Shown here: positions 5,632 through 13,307 of the stretch, piece by piece
Numbering within the stretch: the stretch's first letter is position 1
Layout of the letters: each line of letters begins with the position of its first letter
Source of the DNA: an uncultured Pseudomonadota bacterium
GTDB lineage: Bacteria; Babelota; Babeliae; Babelales; Vermiphilaceae
Direction of reading: 5' to 3'
NCBI GenBank assembly: GCA_964533545.1
Contig: CAZHJT010000003.1
Coordinates: 7,190 to 20,548, forward strand
Length of the DNA: 13,359 nucleotides
Notes under the pieces: generated by a model
Databases searched by the model: none
What the model was told of the DNA's origin: nothing
The model's input: only the letters and a program-made list of their open reading frames with translations
Made by a program: the position numbers and the translations under genes

Positions 5632-6843
5632 ATGCCGTATTACGCATGGAAAGGGGTTACTCTAACGGGAGATCTGCGCAAAGGCAGCTTGTGTGCTCGA
5701 TCACAAGAGGACCTCGAGCATCAGTTGCTTGCGCGTGACATTGCGGTTATGTACAGCCGCCAGAAAAGTATACCGTGGTGGCATAGATTGCAGGCGGATA
5801 ATCAGTTTAAGATCGCTTTCTTCAGGCAGCTTACGTCACTTTTGTCGTCGGGCATTTTTTTATCAGAAGCACTGACGTTGATGAGTCAGCAGCTGCAGGG
5901 CAAGCCACGTGTACAAGAGATGATCATCGCAATAGTGGAGCATGTACAGCAGGGAACGCCATTGAGCATAGCCTTGGCGGCCTACCCGCAGATCTTTGAC
6001 CCGTTGACGATTCAGATGGCGGCCGTTGGTGGTGATACTGGCAGCCTGGCACAGGCGCTCGGTGCGTTGTGTGATGATCTTGAAATGAAGCAGGATATAC
6101 GCTCTCGTATGCGATCGGCAGCATTGTTGCCCGGCATTACTTTCCTATTTTTTATAACGATTGCAGCAGCCTTGGTGCTCCTTATTTTGCCCCGCTTTAC
6201 CGCTATTTTTTCGATGCATGGGGCAGAGGTTCCCTGGGCTACCAAGCAGTTGCTGTTGTTGAGTGACGTTCTGCGCAGCTGGGTGTCAGTGGCTGTTGTG
6301 GCGACAACGATTGTGTGCGGGGTGCTGGTGCGTTGGTATAGCAAAAGTGTGCAGGGCAAACCGATTATTGATCGCCTTGTGATGCGCTTGCCGTTTATCG
6401 GGGCGATCATGCGTCGCTATGTGATGGGCAATGCATTGCGCTCGGTCAGTATGTTGGTTGGCAGTGGCATGCCTTTAGTGAAAGCCTTGCATGTTGTTGC
6501 AAGAAACAGCAGCAATAGTCAAGTGCGGCAGCAGTTTCTGTATGTTGAACAGCAGGTTGTTGCCGGGGCATCAATGAGCCAGGCTATGCAGCAGATACAT
6601 GAAAGCATGTTCGATCCCGCTTTGATCGCCGCTATACGTCTGGCTGAAAGCTCGGCCGACCTAGCACCTGTGCTGGCACGCATCGCGGATATCTATTATG
6701 CGCAGGTGAAGAAGGATCTGCTATTGGTGACGACGCTGCTGAACCCGTGTTTGACCATTATCTTGGGGCTGATGATTACGGCACTTATCATGGCGGTGTA
6801 TGTACCGATTTTCAGTATGTCCACTATTATTGGGCAGCAATAG
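5632..6843 (+). CDS. pilC: Type IV pilus / type II secretion inner-membrane platform protein of the PilC/GspF family. I place the start at MPYYAWKG (5632), not the longer ORF from 5551 that would overlap the upstream gene.
   Basis: About 400 aa with the usual two-repeat GspF architecture and three hydrophobic transmembrane segments (ITFLFFITIAAALVLLIL, WVSVAVVATTIVCGVLV, LTIILGLMITALIMAVYVPIF). Conserved motifs LLSSGI.L.EAL and LAPVL..I. An RBS AAAGGGGAG precedes 5632. Confidence 0.8.
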   Translation: MPYYAWKGVTLTGDLRKGSLCARSQEDLEHQLLARDIAVMYSRQKSIPWWHRLQADNQFKIAFFRQLTSLLSSGIFLSEALTLMSQQLQGKPRVQEMIIAIVEHVQQGTPLSIALAAYPQIFDPLTIQMAAVGGDTGSLAQALGALCDDLEMKQDIRSRMRSAALLPGITFLFFITIAAALVLLILPRFTAIFSMHGAEVPWATKQLLLLSDVLRSWVSVAVVATTIVCGVLVRWYSKSVQGKPIIDRLVMRLPFIGAIMRRYVMGNALRSVSMLVGSGMPLVKALHVVARNSSNSQVRQQFLYVEQQVVAGASMSQAMQQIHESMFDPALIAAIRLAESSADLAPVLARIADIYYAQVKKDLLLVTTLLNPCLTIILGLMITALIMAVYVPIFSMSTIIGQQ

Positions 6844-6919
6844 TTGTTATTGACGCAAAGGAGCATTTCAAGTACCTTATAGCAAGGAGATTCCTTTATG
6901 GGCGCTCTTTATTTGATAG

Positions 6920-7006
6920 GCCGGGATGGCGGAATTGGTAGACGCACGGGACTCAAAATCCCGCGATGGTAACATTGTGTCGGTTCGAGTCCGACTCCCG
7001 GCACCA
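6920..7006 (+). tRNA. tRNA-Leu, anticodon CAA, a type II tRNA.
   Basis: GCCGGGATGGCGGAATTGGTAGACGCACGGGACTCAAAATCCCG...GTCGGTTCGAGTCCGACTCCCGGCACCA. Acceptor stem GCCGGGA/TCCCGGC. Anticodon stem CGGGA/TCCCG with loop CTCAAAA. Long variable arm. T arm GTCGG-TTCGAGT-CCGAC. CCA is encoded. Confidence 0.85.
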
Positions 7007-7183
7007 GTCATTTCATAGCATGGAACTGGATGTTCTATGTTGGCATAGTCCAACAGTATAAGAATATTTTCTGGGTTGCTTTGAGAAATGACTGGCAGGC
7101 CTGCATCTTTAGAGCACACCCCTGTCGCATATCTGCAAAAAATCCAATTCAAAAAACAGTTTTAATGTTGAAGGAGCCCAATC

Positions 7184-7963
7184 ATGGAAGAGCATAAGCT
7201 ACCATTTGTTCTGCTTGGTGCCATGGCGCTAGCGGCAGGCTTTTATTTTCTGAGGCCTTTTTATATCGTAGAGCCCGGTTTTACGGCAATTCATTTGCGT
7301 ATGGGTAAAATCATCGCCGTGGAAAAAGAGGGCGGGATATACTTCAAGGCGCCCGTTATTGATTCGGTGGTAACGATGCCAAACGGTATCATCAAAGCGT
7401 CCATCGAGACAAGCGCATTGTCAAAAGACTTGCAGGCGATATCGATCGGTATCGATGTTAACTACAAATACACCGACGAAGCCGAGCTGTATAAAACGAC
7501 ACGCGGACGGGCTGAAGATATTATTCTGGTGCCATTCTGCCACGAAAGTATAAAAGCGGTTATTGCCTGTTACACAGCAGAAGATCTGATACAAAATAGA
7601 CATGCAGCCAAAGAGCGCATTTATGTTGATTTGAAAGAGCGTTTGCGGCCACACTTTATCGATTTTATCGAAGTGAACTTTTCACATGCCGACTTTTCTG
7701 AAGATTTTATAAAAGCGGTTGAAAGCAAGCAGATTGCGTTGCAAGAATCGATGAAAGCGAAGAACCTTACCGATAAGGTCAAAGAAACGGCAATACAGAC
7801 TAAGTTAACGGCGGATGCAGAAGCCTACTCTCAACAAGTAAAAAAACAGTCTGCAACCAAAGAGCTTGCTCAATTGAAAGCGATTGAAAAATGGGACGGT
7901 GTGTTGCCACGCGTGGTGACCGGGAGCGTTCCGTTCATTTCACTAGAGGAAGCTTCGAAATAG
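7184..7963 (+). CDS. SPFH / band-7 (prohibitin-like) membrane protein, 259 aa.
   Basis: N-terminal transmembrane helix LPFVLLGAMALAAGFYFL, followed by YIVEPGFTAIHLRMGKI, which is typical of SPFH domains. C-terminal coiled-coil-like region ending IEKWDGVLPRVVTGS, the prohibitin-type tail. RBS AAGGAG. Confidence 0.8.
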   Translation: MEEHKLPFVLLGAMALAAGFYFLRPFYIVEPGFTAIHLRMGKIIAVEKEGGIYFKAPVIDSVVTMPNGIIKASIETSALSKDLQAISIGIDVNYKYTDEAELYKTTRGRAEDIILVPFCHESIKAVIACYTAEDLIQNRHAAKERIYVDLKERLRPHFIDFIEVNFSHADFSEDFIKAVESKQIALQESMKAKNLTDKVKETAIQTKLTADAEAYSQQVKKQSATKELAQLKAIEKWDGVLPRVVTGSVPFISLEEASK

Positions 7964-7979
7964 AGACAAATATCTCATT

Positions 7980-8181
7980 GGGGTCATCCCCGCGTAGGCG
8001 GGGATCCATGCGTGCATTACGATGTATTTGCTCTAGATGTTATTGATTTTCGATGAGAGATGCAAAACTCTAGATGCTTTTCTGTGATATAAATACTGGA
8101 TCCCCGCCTTCCAGCCTTCACTTATCCACGCCTTCAGGCTTGGCAAGTTACGGCGGACAGGGCGCTGGGATGACCCGGAGA
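7980..8181. other. Structured intergenic element with nested inverted repeats. Sequences matching GGGTCATCCCCGC, or close variants of it, occur three times, and GGCGGGGATCC occurs in both orientations.
   Basis: 7981-7993 GGGTCATCCCCGC, then a GTAG loop, then 7997-8007 GGCGGGGATCC, which makes a perfect local 8-bp hairpin. 8098-8108 GGATCCCCGCC is the reverse complement of 7997-8007. 8168-8177 GGGATGACCC is the reverse complement of 7981-7990. CTCTAGATG is directly repeated at 8033 and 8070. Confidence 0.5.
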
Positions 8182-8235
8182 GAGCGCTTTGTGAAAATAC
8201 GTAACTTTACGTAAGCTCTGAGCGAGTGGTTGTAA

Positions 8236-8264
8236 CTATTGCCACTATAGGTATACTTCGGGTG
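8236..8264 (+). promoter_or_regulatory. Possible glyA promoter: TTGTAA, a 16-nt spacer, then TATACT.
   Basis: Fits the sigma70 pattern about 35 nt upstream of the glyA start codon. It is only one of several possible readings. Confidence 0.25.
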
Positions 8265-8292
8265 TTTTTAGGCACTTAGGTAATGAAAGGCA

Positions 8293-9585
8293 TTGAACAT
8301 GCACAGTCAATCGGAAAATACGCACAATAAACAGCTACTGCAAGAAACAGGCACTCCTGCAGCCTCCGTTGCCGATACGCTTATAGCGGATCTTGTATCG
8401 GCCGAGCAGGTGCGTCAGCAGCAGAGCATGAGCTTTATTGCTTCAGAAAACCATACCTCGCAGCAGATCATGCGTATAACTGGTTCAGTGCTGACCAACA
8501 AGTATGCCGAAGGGTACCCTGGCAAGCGGTATTATGCTGGCTGTGCCGTTGTTGACGAGATTGAAACGGTTGCTATTGAGCGCTGCAAAAGACTCTTTGG
8601 TGCAGAGCATGCCAACGTGCAGCCTCATGCTGGCTGCCAAGCAAATTTTGCTGTATACCAAGCAGTGTTGAAGCCGGGCGACACGATTATGGGCATGAGT
8701 CTTGATGCGGGAGGACATTTGACCCATGGGCATGGTGTCAACGCCTCAGGCTCATTGTATAAAGCGGTACAATATGCCGTTGACCGTGATACGCAGCTGC
8801 TCGATTATGATGCAATTGAGCGTTTGGCACATGAGCATAAACCAAAATTGATTATAGCAGGCGCCTCTTCCTATTCACGTTTTATAGATTTTGAGCGCTT
8901 TGCCGTCATTGCTCGCAACGCAGGCGCGTTGCTGATGGCCGATATTGCGCACATAGCAGGTTTTGTTGCCACTGGGCTGCATTCGAGTCCGCTTGGCGTG
9001 GCAGATTTTGTGACCAGCACAACGCATAAAACATTACGTGGACCACGTGGTGGACTTATTATGTGTAAAGCACAGTACGCGCAGCATCTTGATCGGGCTA
9101 TTATTCCTGGCACGCAAGGTGGTCCATTGTTGCATGCTATTGCTGCAAAAGCGGTCGCTTTTCATGAGGCGATGCAGCCTGATTTTACGGTATACCAACA
9201 ACAGGTGCTGCTCAATGCTCGCACTATGGCCGCTACGTTTGCTGACCTTGGGTATGCAATCGTATCGGGTGGTACCGATAACCATATGTTTACACTCGAT
9301 CTGCGTTCAAAAAATATCACCGGTCTGGTGGCGCAACAGGTGCTTGAAGCGATTGGTATTACCGTCAGCCGTAGTTGCATACCGTTTGATACGCAAAAGC
9401 CTTGGATTACGAGCGGGATACGCATCGGTACGCCAGCGATGACTACGCGTGGTATGACGTCAAATACGGCAATTGAGCTCGCTCATCTTATTGATGAAGC
9501 CTTGCGCCATGCTGATGATGCAGCCTTTTTGAAACGGCTTGCAGATCAAGTACAGCATGTAGCGCTTGCTCACCGATTACCGTAG
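8293..9585 (+). CDS. glyA: Serine hydroxymethyltransferase.
   Basis: Hallmark motifs are present: IASENHTS, VLTNKYAEGYPGKRYY.GC, ANVQPH.G.QAN, LTHGH, the PLP-lysine region TSTTHKTLRGPRGGLI, and SGGTDNH. It is colinear with E. coli GlyA over its whole length. Confidence 0.9.
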   Translation: MNMHSQSENTHNKQLLQETGTPAASVADTLIADLVSAEQVRQQQSMSFIASENHTSQQIMRITGSVLTNKYAEGYPGKRYYAGCAVVDEIETVAIERCKRLFGAEHANVQPHAGCQANFAVYQAVLKPGDTIMGMSLDAGGHLTHGHGVNASGSLYKAVQYAVDRDTQLLDYDAIERLAHEHKPKLIIAGASSYSRFIDFERFAVIARNAGALLMADIAHIAGFVATGLHSSPLGVADFVTSTTHKTLRGPRGGLIMCKAQYAQHLDRAIIPGTQGGPLLHAIAAKAVAFHEAMQPDFTVYQQQVLLNARTMAATFADLGYAIVSGGTDNHMFTLDLRSKNITGLVAQQVLEAIGITVSRSCIPFDTQKPWITSGIRIGTPAMTTRGMTSNTAIELAHLIDEALRHADDAAFLKRLADQVQHVALAHRLP

Positions 9586-10476
9586 AAAGCCTTTGAGGAA
9601 ATCGAGGTTGAGCGGTTTAGGCTCCTTTTTTGGGTTGCTGGGGTTACTGTAGATTGGTGTATAGCCGGCAGATTGCAAAATCTCTTGCACGCGCGCAATG
9701 TGTGACCCGCCGGTTACTGCAATGATAGTGGCACACTCATCTGCGTCAAGAATGCTTTGAGCAAGCTTAAGATCGAGTAAGGCGCTATCAAAGATCAAAA
9801 GCCGTTTTAAGAGTTGCAAGCGATTATTGGTTAAGCAGCCTTGATGTACATAGTCGGCCATCGATCGCTTTGGTTCTTTCATCAAATTAAGTTCCTGCAT
9901 ATGTGGGTGAATCTTTTTCAAGATTCTTTCGCGGTAGGCTCTCAGCGCTGCACAACATTTTCTATATTTCACAATGTCGGCAATGGCTGTATTGATTTCA
10001 TCGACAATGTCGCCAACCATGAGACCGCACGTTGAGGGGAAATCATGAATTTTTTTATGTGCATTGTTGAGTAGAGGTCCTAATGCCGCAACGCGGCAGT
10101 AACGATATTCAACGTTGTCCACTTGAAGACCTTTGCGAGAGCAGCTTTGAGCAAGTCCGCCTAAAATGCCCCCTCGTGAATTGATTTGAAATCGCCTATA
10201 GCCCCCATTGGCGCCAGTTTTTGTGCTACTTAAATCTTCAAGAATAATTTTTGAAGCTGTTTTGTCTTGTTTGTGGAGGAAATCTTTTACACAAAATAGT
10301 TGGGCAGCATTGGCGCTATTTTTTTTGTCATGAAAGTCACTGAGCCCAATAAAGCGTTGCTTTTTGCCAGAAGCAGGGTTGATGCGCTCAAGTACAATAA
10401 CTTGGTAAATAAAGGTGTAGAGTGGCCGATTGCACAGCAGGGCACACAGGAGTAGGCAACCTATACTCTTTTTCAT
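9577..10476 (-). CDS. Secreted hypothetical protein, 299 aa. It may belong to the TraB/GumN/Tiki-like fold, but that is weak.
   Basis: Signal peptide MKKSIGCLLLCALLC. An N-terminal motif FIGLSDFHD and a C-terminal motif IIAVTGGSHI resemble the GxxH and GxGH signature pair of that superfamily. RBS GGAGAGG. Its 3' end overlaps the glyA stop by 9 nt, convergently. Confidence 0.5.
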   Translation of the reverse strand: MKKSIGCLLLCALLCNRPLYTFIYQVIVLERINPASGKKQRFIGLSDFHDKKNSANAAQLFCVKDFLHKQDKTASKIILEDLSSTKTGANGGYRRFQINSRGGILGGLAQSCSRKGLQVDNVEYRYCRVAALGPLLNNAHKKIHDFPSTCGLMVGDIVDEINTAIADIVKYRKCCAALRAYRERILKKIHPHMQELNLMKEPKRSMADYVHQGCLTNNRLQLLKRLLIFDSALLDLKLAQSILDADECATIIAVTGGSHIARVQEILQSAGYTPIYSNPSNPKKEPKPLNLDFLKGFLR

Positions 10477-10649
10477 GACCTCTCCGAACTATCTTAAAGC
10501 AAGACCTTTTTGTAACGATCATCTCGTTATGGTGTCTTCTTTAAAATAATTCACATAGGCAATAATTAGCAATATGTTGCTTTGAAACAAGAAAAAAGAG
10601 CAGGTTGGTAGCTATTCAGATGAAAAATTTCCTGTTAAAAGATGGCATC

Positions 10650-10685
10650 AGCCTGGACAGCTGTAGTATCAACAGTGGCCAGGCT
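10650..10685 (-). terminator. Possible terminator hairpin after the 10719..11321 gene.
   Basis: AGCCTGG...CCAGGCT forms a 7-bp stem with a 22-nt loop, followed in the minus sense by a moderately U-rich sequence. A weak candidate. Confidence 0.25.
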
Positions 10686-10718
10686 AGGTTTGTTACTGGA
10701 AAATAGAGCTATGCCGGA

Positions 10719-11321
10719 TTATTCTTTGCCTTCAGTACTTTTCTCTGTTGATGGGGTTCTTGTGCCAACAAGTCTGCGCGTTTCGCCCATAAAGTGAAAT
10801 AGGCCATATGAACCAGGGATTAGCGTTTCAGCGGTCGCTTGGGTAATAGTTGCATTTGCTTCTAAAAAGGCTTTGTGTCCTACGACGTTGTTGCCACATC
10901 TGTCGGTGTAACGGACGCCCATAGGGGTAAGTAGGTCTTTAAGTTTGAGAGCTGCTGCTTTGGTAAGTAATTTCGCTTTTTCTTCGCTGTATGTTGTTTT
11001 TGTCATAGAGGTTATAAGCGCATCATGAGCACTTCTATACTCGTTTGAGTTTTTGGTGTGCTGAACAAGGACTGCAATGTTTTTTGCGGTTGTAGAGTCA
11101 AAGCCAAAGTTGGGTTCTTTGAAAGCGGCTAAGCGTTTTTCTTCTGTGCGGTATGTTGCCAGAGCTTGGTTTTTGTCAGCATGTTCTAAATCTTTACCTG
11201 CTTCGACCATTTGGCTGATGCCCACTTTATAGGCTGCTAGATCTTGCTGATCAAGTAGGATGGCGGCAGCGTTTGCTGAAACAATGCAGGCAACGAGCGT
11301 TGCTTTGCGTAACAATGACAT
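10719..11321 (-). CDS. Secreted hypothetical protein, 200 aa.
   Basis: Signal peptide MSLLRKATLVACIVSANAAA. Lys/Ala-rich with predicted helical segments. No family recognised. Confidence 0.5.
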   Translation of the reverse strand: MSLLRKATLVACIVSANAAAILLDQQDLAAYKVGISQMVEAGKDLEHADKNQALATYRTEEKRLAAFKEPNFGFDSTTAKNIAVLVQHTKNSNEYRSAHDALITSMTKTTYSEEKAKLLTKAAALKLKDLLTPMGVRYTDRCGNNVVGHKAFLEANATITQATAETLIPGSYGLFHFMGETRRLVGTRTPSTEKSTEGKE

Positions 11322-11418
11322 ACTATCTCTCCTGTGATTAAAGTAATATTAGGCCGACGGCCGAAATATAGTTCTGATCATAGAGATAGTCAACGCTGAG
11401 TTTTTTGCCTGCACATCA

Positions 11419-11661
11419 TCACCATAATCTTTTTTTTGCGAATGCATGGCCAGATCCTATTTTAACATATCTCTCAAAATCTATAGCCGTTTGTTCCACA
11501 GAAAATGCTACATAGGTAATAATTGCCCAAGGCCTGTCTTTTTGGGTGTGGGGTGATCCACCAGAATTATGTCGAACTAATCGTTCTTCAAGATTATTGG
11601 TATAACCGACATATGTTGCCGCTGGATTTTTAATGGATCTCAAAAAATATACATAGTACAT
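11419..11661 (-). CDS. Small GIY-YIG nuclease-family protein (UPF0213-like), 80 aa.
   Basis: MYYVYFLRS...YVGYTNNLEERLVRHNSG...KDRPW matches the GIY-(10-11)-YIG core and the NLxxRLxxHN motif. Confidence 0.7.
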   Translation of the reverse strand: MYYVYFLRSIKNPAATYVGYTNNLEERLVRHNSGGSPHTQKDRPWAIITYVAFSVEQTAIDFERYVKIGSGHAFAKKRLW

Positions 11662-11793
11662 AATTTATCTTAAGAAGCCCTACTTCGCCAACCCTATTAC
11701 GCTAAAGCTTCAAAGGGTAAGGCTACGAAGGGCATACTTCGCTTTTTCTTATAAAGGTTGATTTAATTGTTAAGCCAATCCGGTTAAGAGACT

Positions 11794-11826
11794 GGCCTGC
11801 CATACGAAGCTTTACGCGAAGTATGG
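11794..11826 (-). repeat. Copy 3 of the conserved tRNA 3' trailer element, here following tmRNA.
   Basis: GGCCTGCCATACGAAGCTTTACGCGAAGTATGG overlaps the tmRNA CCA end. Confidence 0.6.
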
Positions 11827-12248
11827 TGGAGGCGACGGGAATCGAACCCGTGTCCGCATTATCTCAAATTACTGGTACTCCATGCACAGTCTTTGCTAGT
11901 TCCTGACAACGGCTTCAAAGACAACGCATCGCTATCAGATCGGTTTTGTGATACTAACCACGTTACAGAACCAAAAAACCTTATGTGGCAGTCCCATTTG
12001 GGTAATACGAGTTACAGCAACTAATAGGCACGTCACTGTAACAAGCAATCAAACTAGAACTAGCTAGATTTAAGCGAAAGCCACCATTGAAGATGAGTTT
12101 GCTGAGAATCCAGAAGCTACTAAGTTTGAAATTGCATCTCTTGTAGAGTTTGCATTTACTGTTTTAACCAATTCTTTAACGAGCACTCAGTCAACGCTCG
12201 GCATGCCCCTATAACTCTCAACAACACGTCGAAACCATGTACGCCCCC
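11824..12248 (-). ncRNA. ssrA: tmRNA (SsrA), about 425 nt.
   Basis: In the minus sense the 5' end reads GGGGGCGTACATGGTTTCGACG and the 3' end reads GGACACGGGTTCGATTCCCGTCGCCTCCACCA, a tRNA-like T arm plus acceptor. The acceptor stem GGGGGCG/CGCCUCC contains a G3:U pair, the alanine identity element. The conserved GGGCATGCCGAG matches the region around pseudoknot 1. The tag ORF begins at GCAAAC and ends TAA, giving ...ANSSSMVAFA. smpB is adjacent. Confidence 0.85.
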
Positions 12249-12361
12249 AAAAATTTCAAAGTTTTGGACTTGATGAGTGTTAGGTCTCCCCAGGGGAGTC
12301 TCATCAGTAGTCATACTGTAAGAATACCATGCTCTACCGGTATTGCATAGAGCTTGGGCCG

Positions 12362-12820
12362 TTAGTACTTATAAACACCCTTGATCTCGCGCCTTGTCTC
12401 GCGGTCAATATCGCGATCCTTGATTGCCTGCTTTTTGCCAGCCGCTTTTTTAGCCTTACAGACGCCCAGCTCAACCTTGACCAGATTCTTGTCGTTGAAA
12501 TAAAGCTTCAGAGGGACCATAGTGATACCCTTTTGGGCAATATCGCCAACAATACGATTTAATTCACGTTTTTTCAGCAAAAGCTTACGTGAACGTTCAG
12601 CTTGGTCATCACGCTTGCTGTACGCCTGTTGGTAAGGGCTGATTTTACAATTTATGAGAAACAGCTCGCCTTGCTTGATGGTCGCAAAGGCAGCGATAAG
12701 AGATACTTGGCCGGCGCGCAAAGATTTTACCTCATCGCCAGTGAGCACGATGCCTGCTTCTAGCTTGTCGAGAATCTCGTATTCGAAAAATGCTTTTTTG
12801 TTCTGCGCAATAACTTTCAT
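12362..12820 (-). CDS. smpB: SsrA-binding protein SmpB. I place the start at MKVIAQNKK (12820), not the longer ORF from 12865.
   Basis: IAQNKKAFFEYEILDKLEAGIVLTGDEVKSLRAG matches the SmpB N-terminal consensus. The C-terminal basic tail is DRDIDRETRREIKG. It lies next to ssrA. Confidence 0.85.
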   Translation of the reverse strand: MKVIAQNKKAFFEYEILDKLEAGIVLTGDEVKSLRAGQVSLIAAFATIKQGELFLINCKISPYQQAYSKRDDQAERSRKLLLKKRELNRIVGDIAQKGITMVPLKLYFNDKNLVKVELGVCKAKKAAGKKQAIKDRDIDRETRREIKGVYKY

Positions 12821-12824
12821 GTTT

Positions 12825-13307
12825 CTATAGATCCTTTTGTTCTTGTTCTCGAATAAACTTTTCAAAGAGAGACTTTACCAGGGGGTAGAGTAGGCAGGCA
12901 ACGCATAGACCCACTATATTACCGCCAACAATGAAAGACCAAATCGAAATATTTGATGCGCCCAGTAAGCTTGCCACTCGGGTAGTTATTGGCTCTATAA
13001 AGCTAGGGTTGCAGGCAGCCGTATCGATGCCACCGAGCCTGCAGAGGAGAAATTGACCGGCATGGTAATCGAGAGCGTAGATGGGCAGCATAGTCCATGG
13101 ATTGTTGATAAGCCATGCAGCAGCAAATACCGCTGCGCATTCAAGCCCTAGAAGCCATGACAAGGTAAATATCATAACCGTATGCAGCCCTACAAAAGGG
13201 GAGAAGGCTATAAAGGTGCCTATGCAGAATGAACGGGCCAGTTTTTTTGGCGATTTACCTGGTTGCACCAACCGCGAAAGGTTGTTTTTTAAGCGCTGTT
13301 TTATCAT
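12825..13307 (-). CDS. DUF2062-family membrane protein, 160 aa.
   Basis: KSPKKLARSFCIGTFIAFSPFVGLHTVMIFTLSWLL...NNPWTMLPIYALDYHAGQ matches the DUF2062 pattern (P..LA.S.A.G.F....P..G.......NPWT.....Y). RBS TAGGGAAA. Its stop is 5 nt from the smpB start, so the two are probably in one operon. Confidence 0.6.
   Translation of the reverse strand: MIKQRLKNNLSRLVQPGKSPKKLARSFCIGTFIAFSPFVGLHTVMIFTLSWLLGLECAAVFAAAWLINNPWTMLPIYALDYHAGQFLLCRLGGIDTAACNPSFIEPITTRVASLLGASNISIWSFIVGGNIVGLCVACLLYPLVKSLFEKFIREQEQKDL

Noticed and set aside
5693-6410. ORFs 5693..5875(+), 5924..6124(-) and 6012..6410(-) inside pilC. Also 6747..6941(+) spanning the pilC end and the spacer.
   Set aside because: They are nested or antisense to a confidently identified gene and have no features of their own.
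6877-7152. 91-aa minus-strand ORF covering tRNA-Leu.
   Set aside because: It overlaps the tRNA-Leu(CAA) cloverleaf on the opposite strand. It has no RBS and no recognisable domain.
7980-8292. ZTP (pfl-motif) riboswitch upstream of glyA.
   Set aside because: glyA is a frequent ZTP-riboswitch target, so I looked for the conserved UGGCG / CCGGGGAGC / CGCCUGGGC elements. Only a loose resemblance (GCGCUGGGA at ~8162) is present and I cannot run a covariance model, so I do not call it. The region is reported as an unclassified structured element instead.
7421-10035. Antisense or nested ORFs within the band-7 gene, glyA and the 299-aa gene: 7421..7654, 8485..8733, 8871..9113, 9034..9285, 9038..9442, 9162..9425, 9841..10035.
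   Set aside because: They overlap strongly supported CDSs. The ORFs inside glyA are Cys/Arg-rich nonsense typical of an off-frame reading of the same sequence.
9577-12248. A genomic island integrated at tmRNA with a defined far boundary.
   Set aside because: There is no integrase gene in the window and no second copy of the tmRNA 3' end (e.g. GAATCGAACCCGTGTCC) in the window to mark an attR. Reported only as a possibility.
12329-12865. The 12329..12562(+) ORF antisense to smpB, and the longer smpB ORF starting at 12865.
   Set aside because: SmpB homology begins at MKVIAQNKK (12820). The upstream extension would overlap the DUF2062 gene stop. The antisense ORF has no support.
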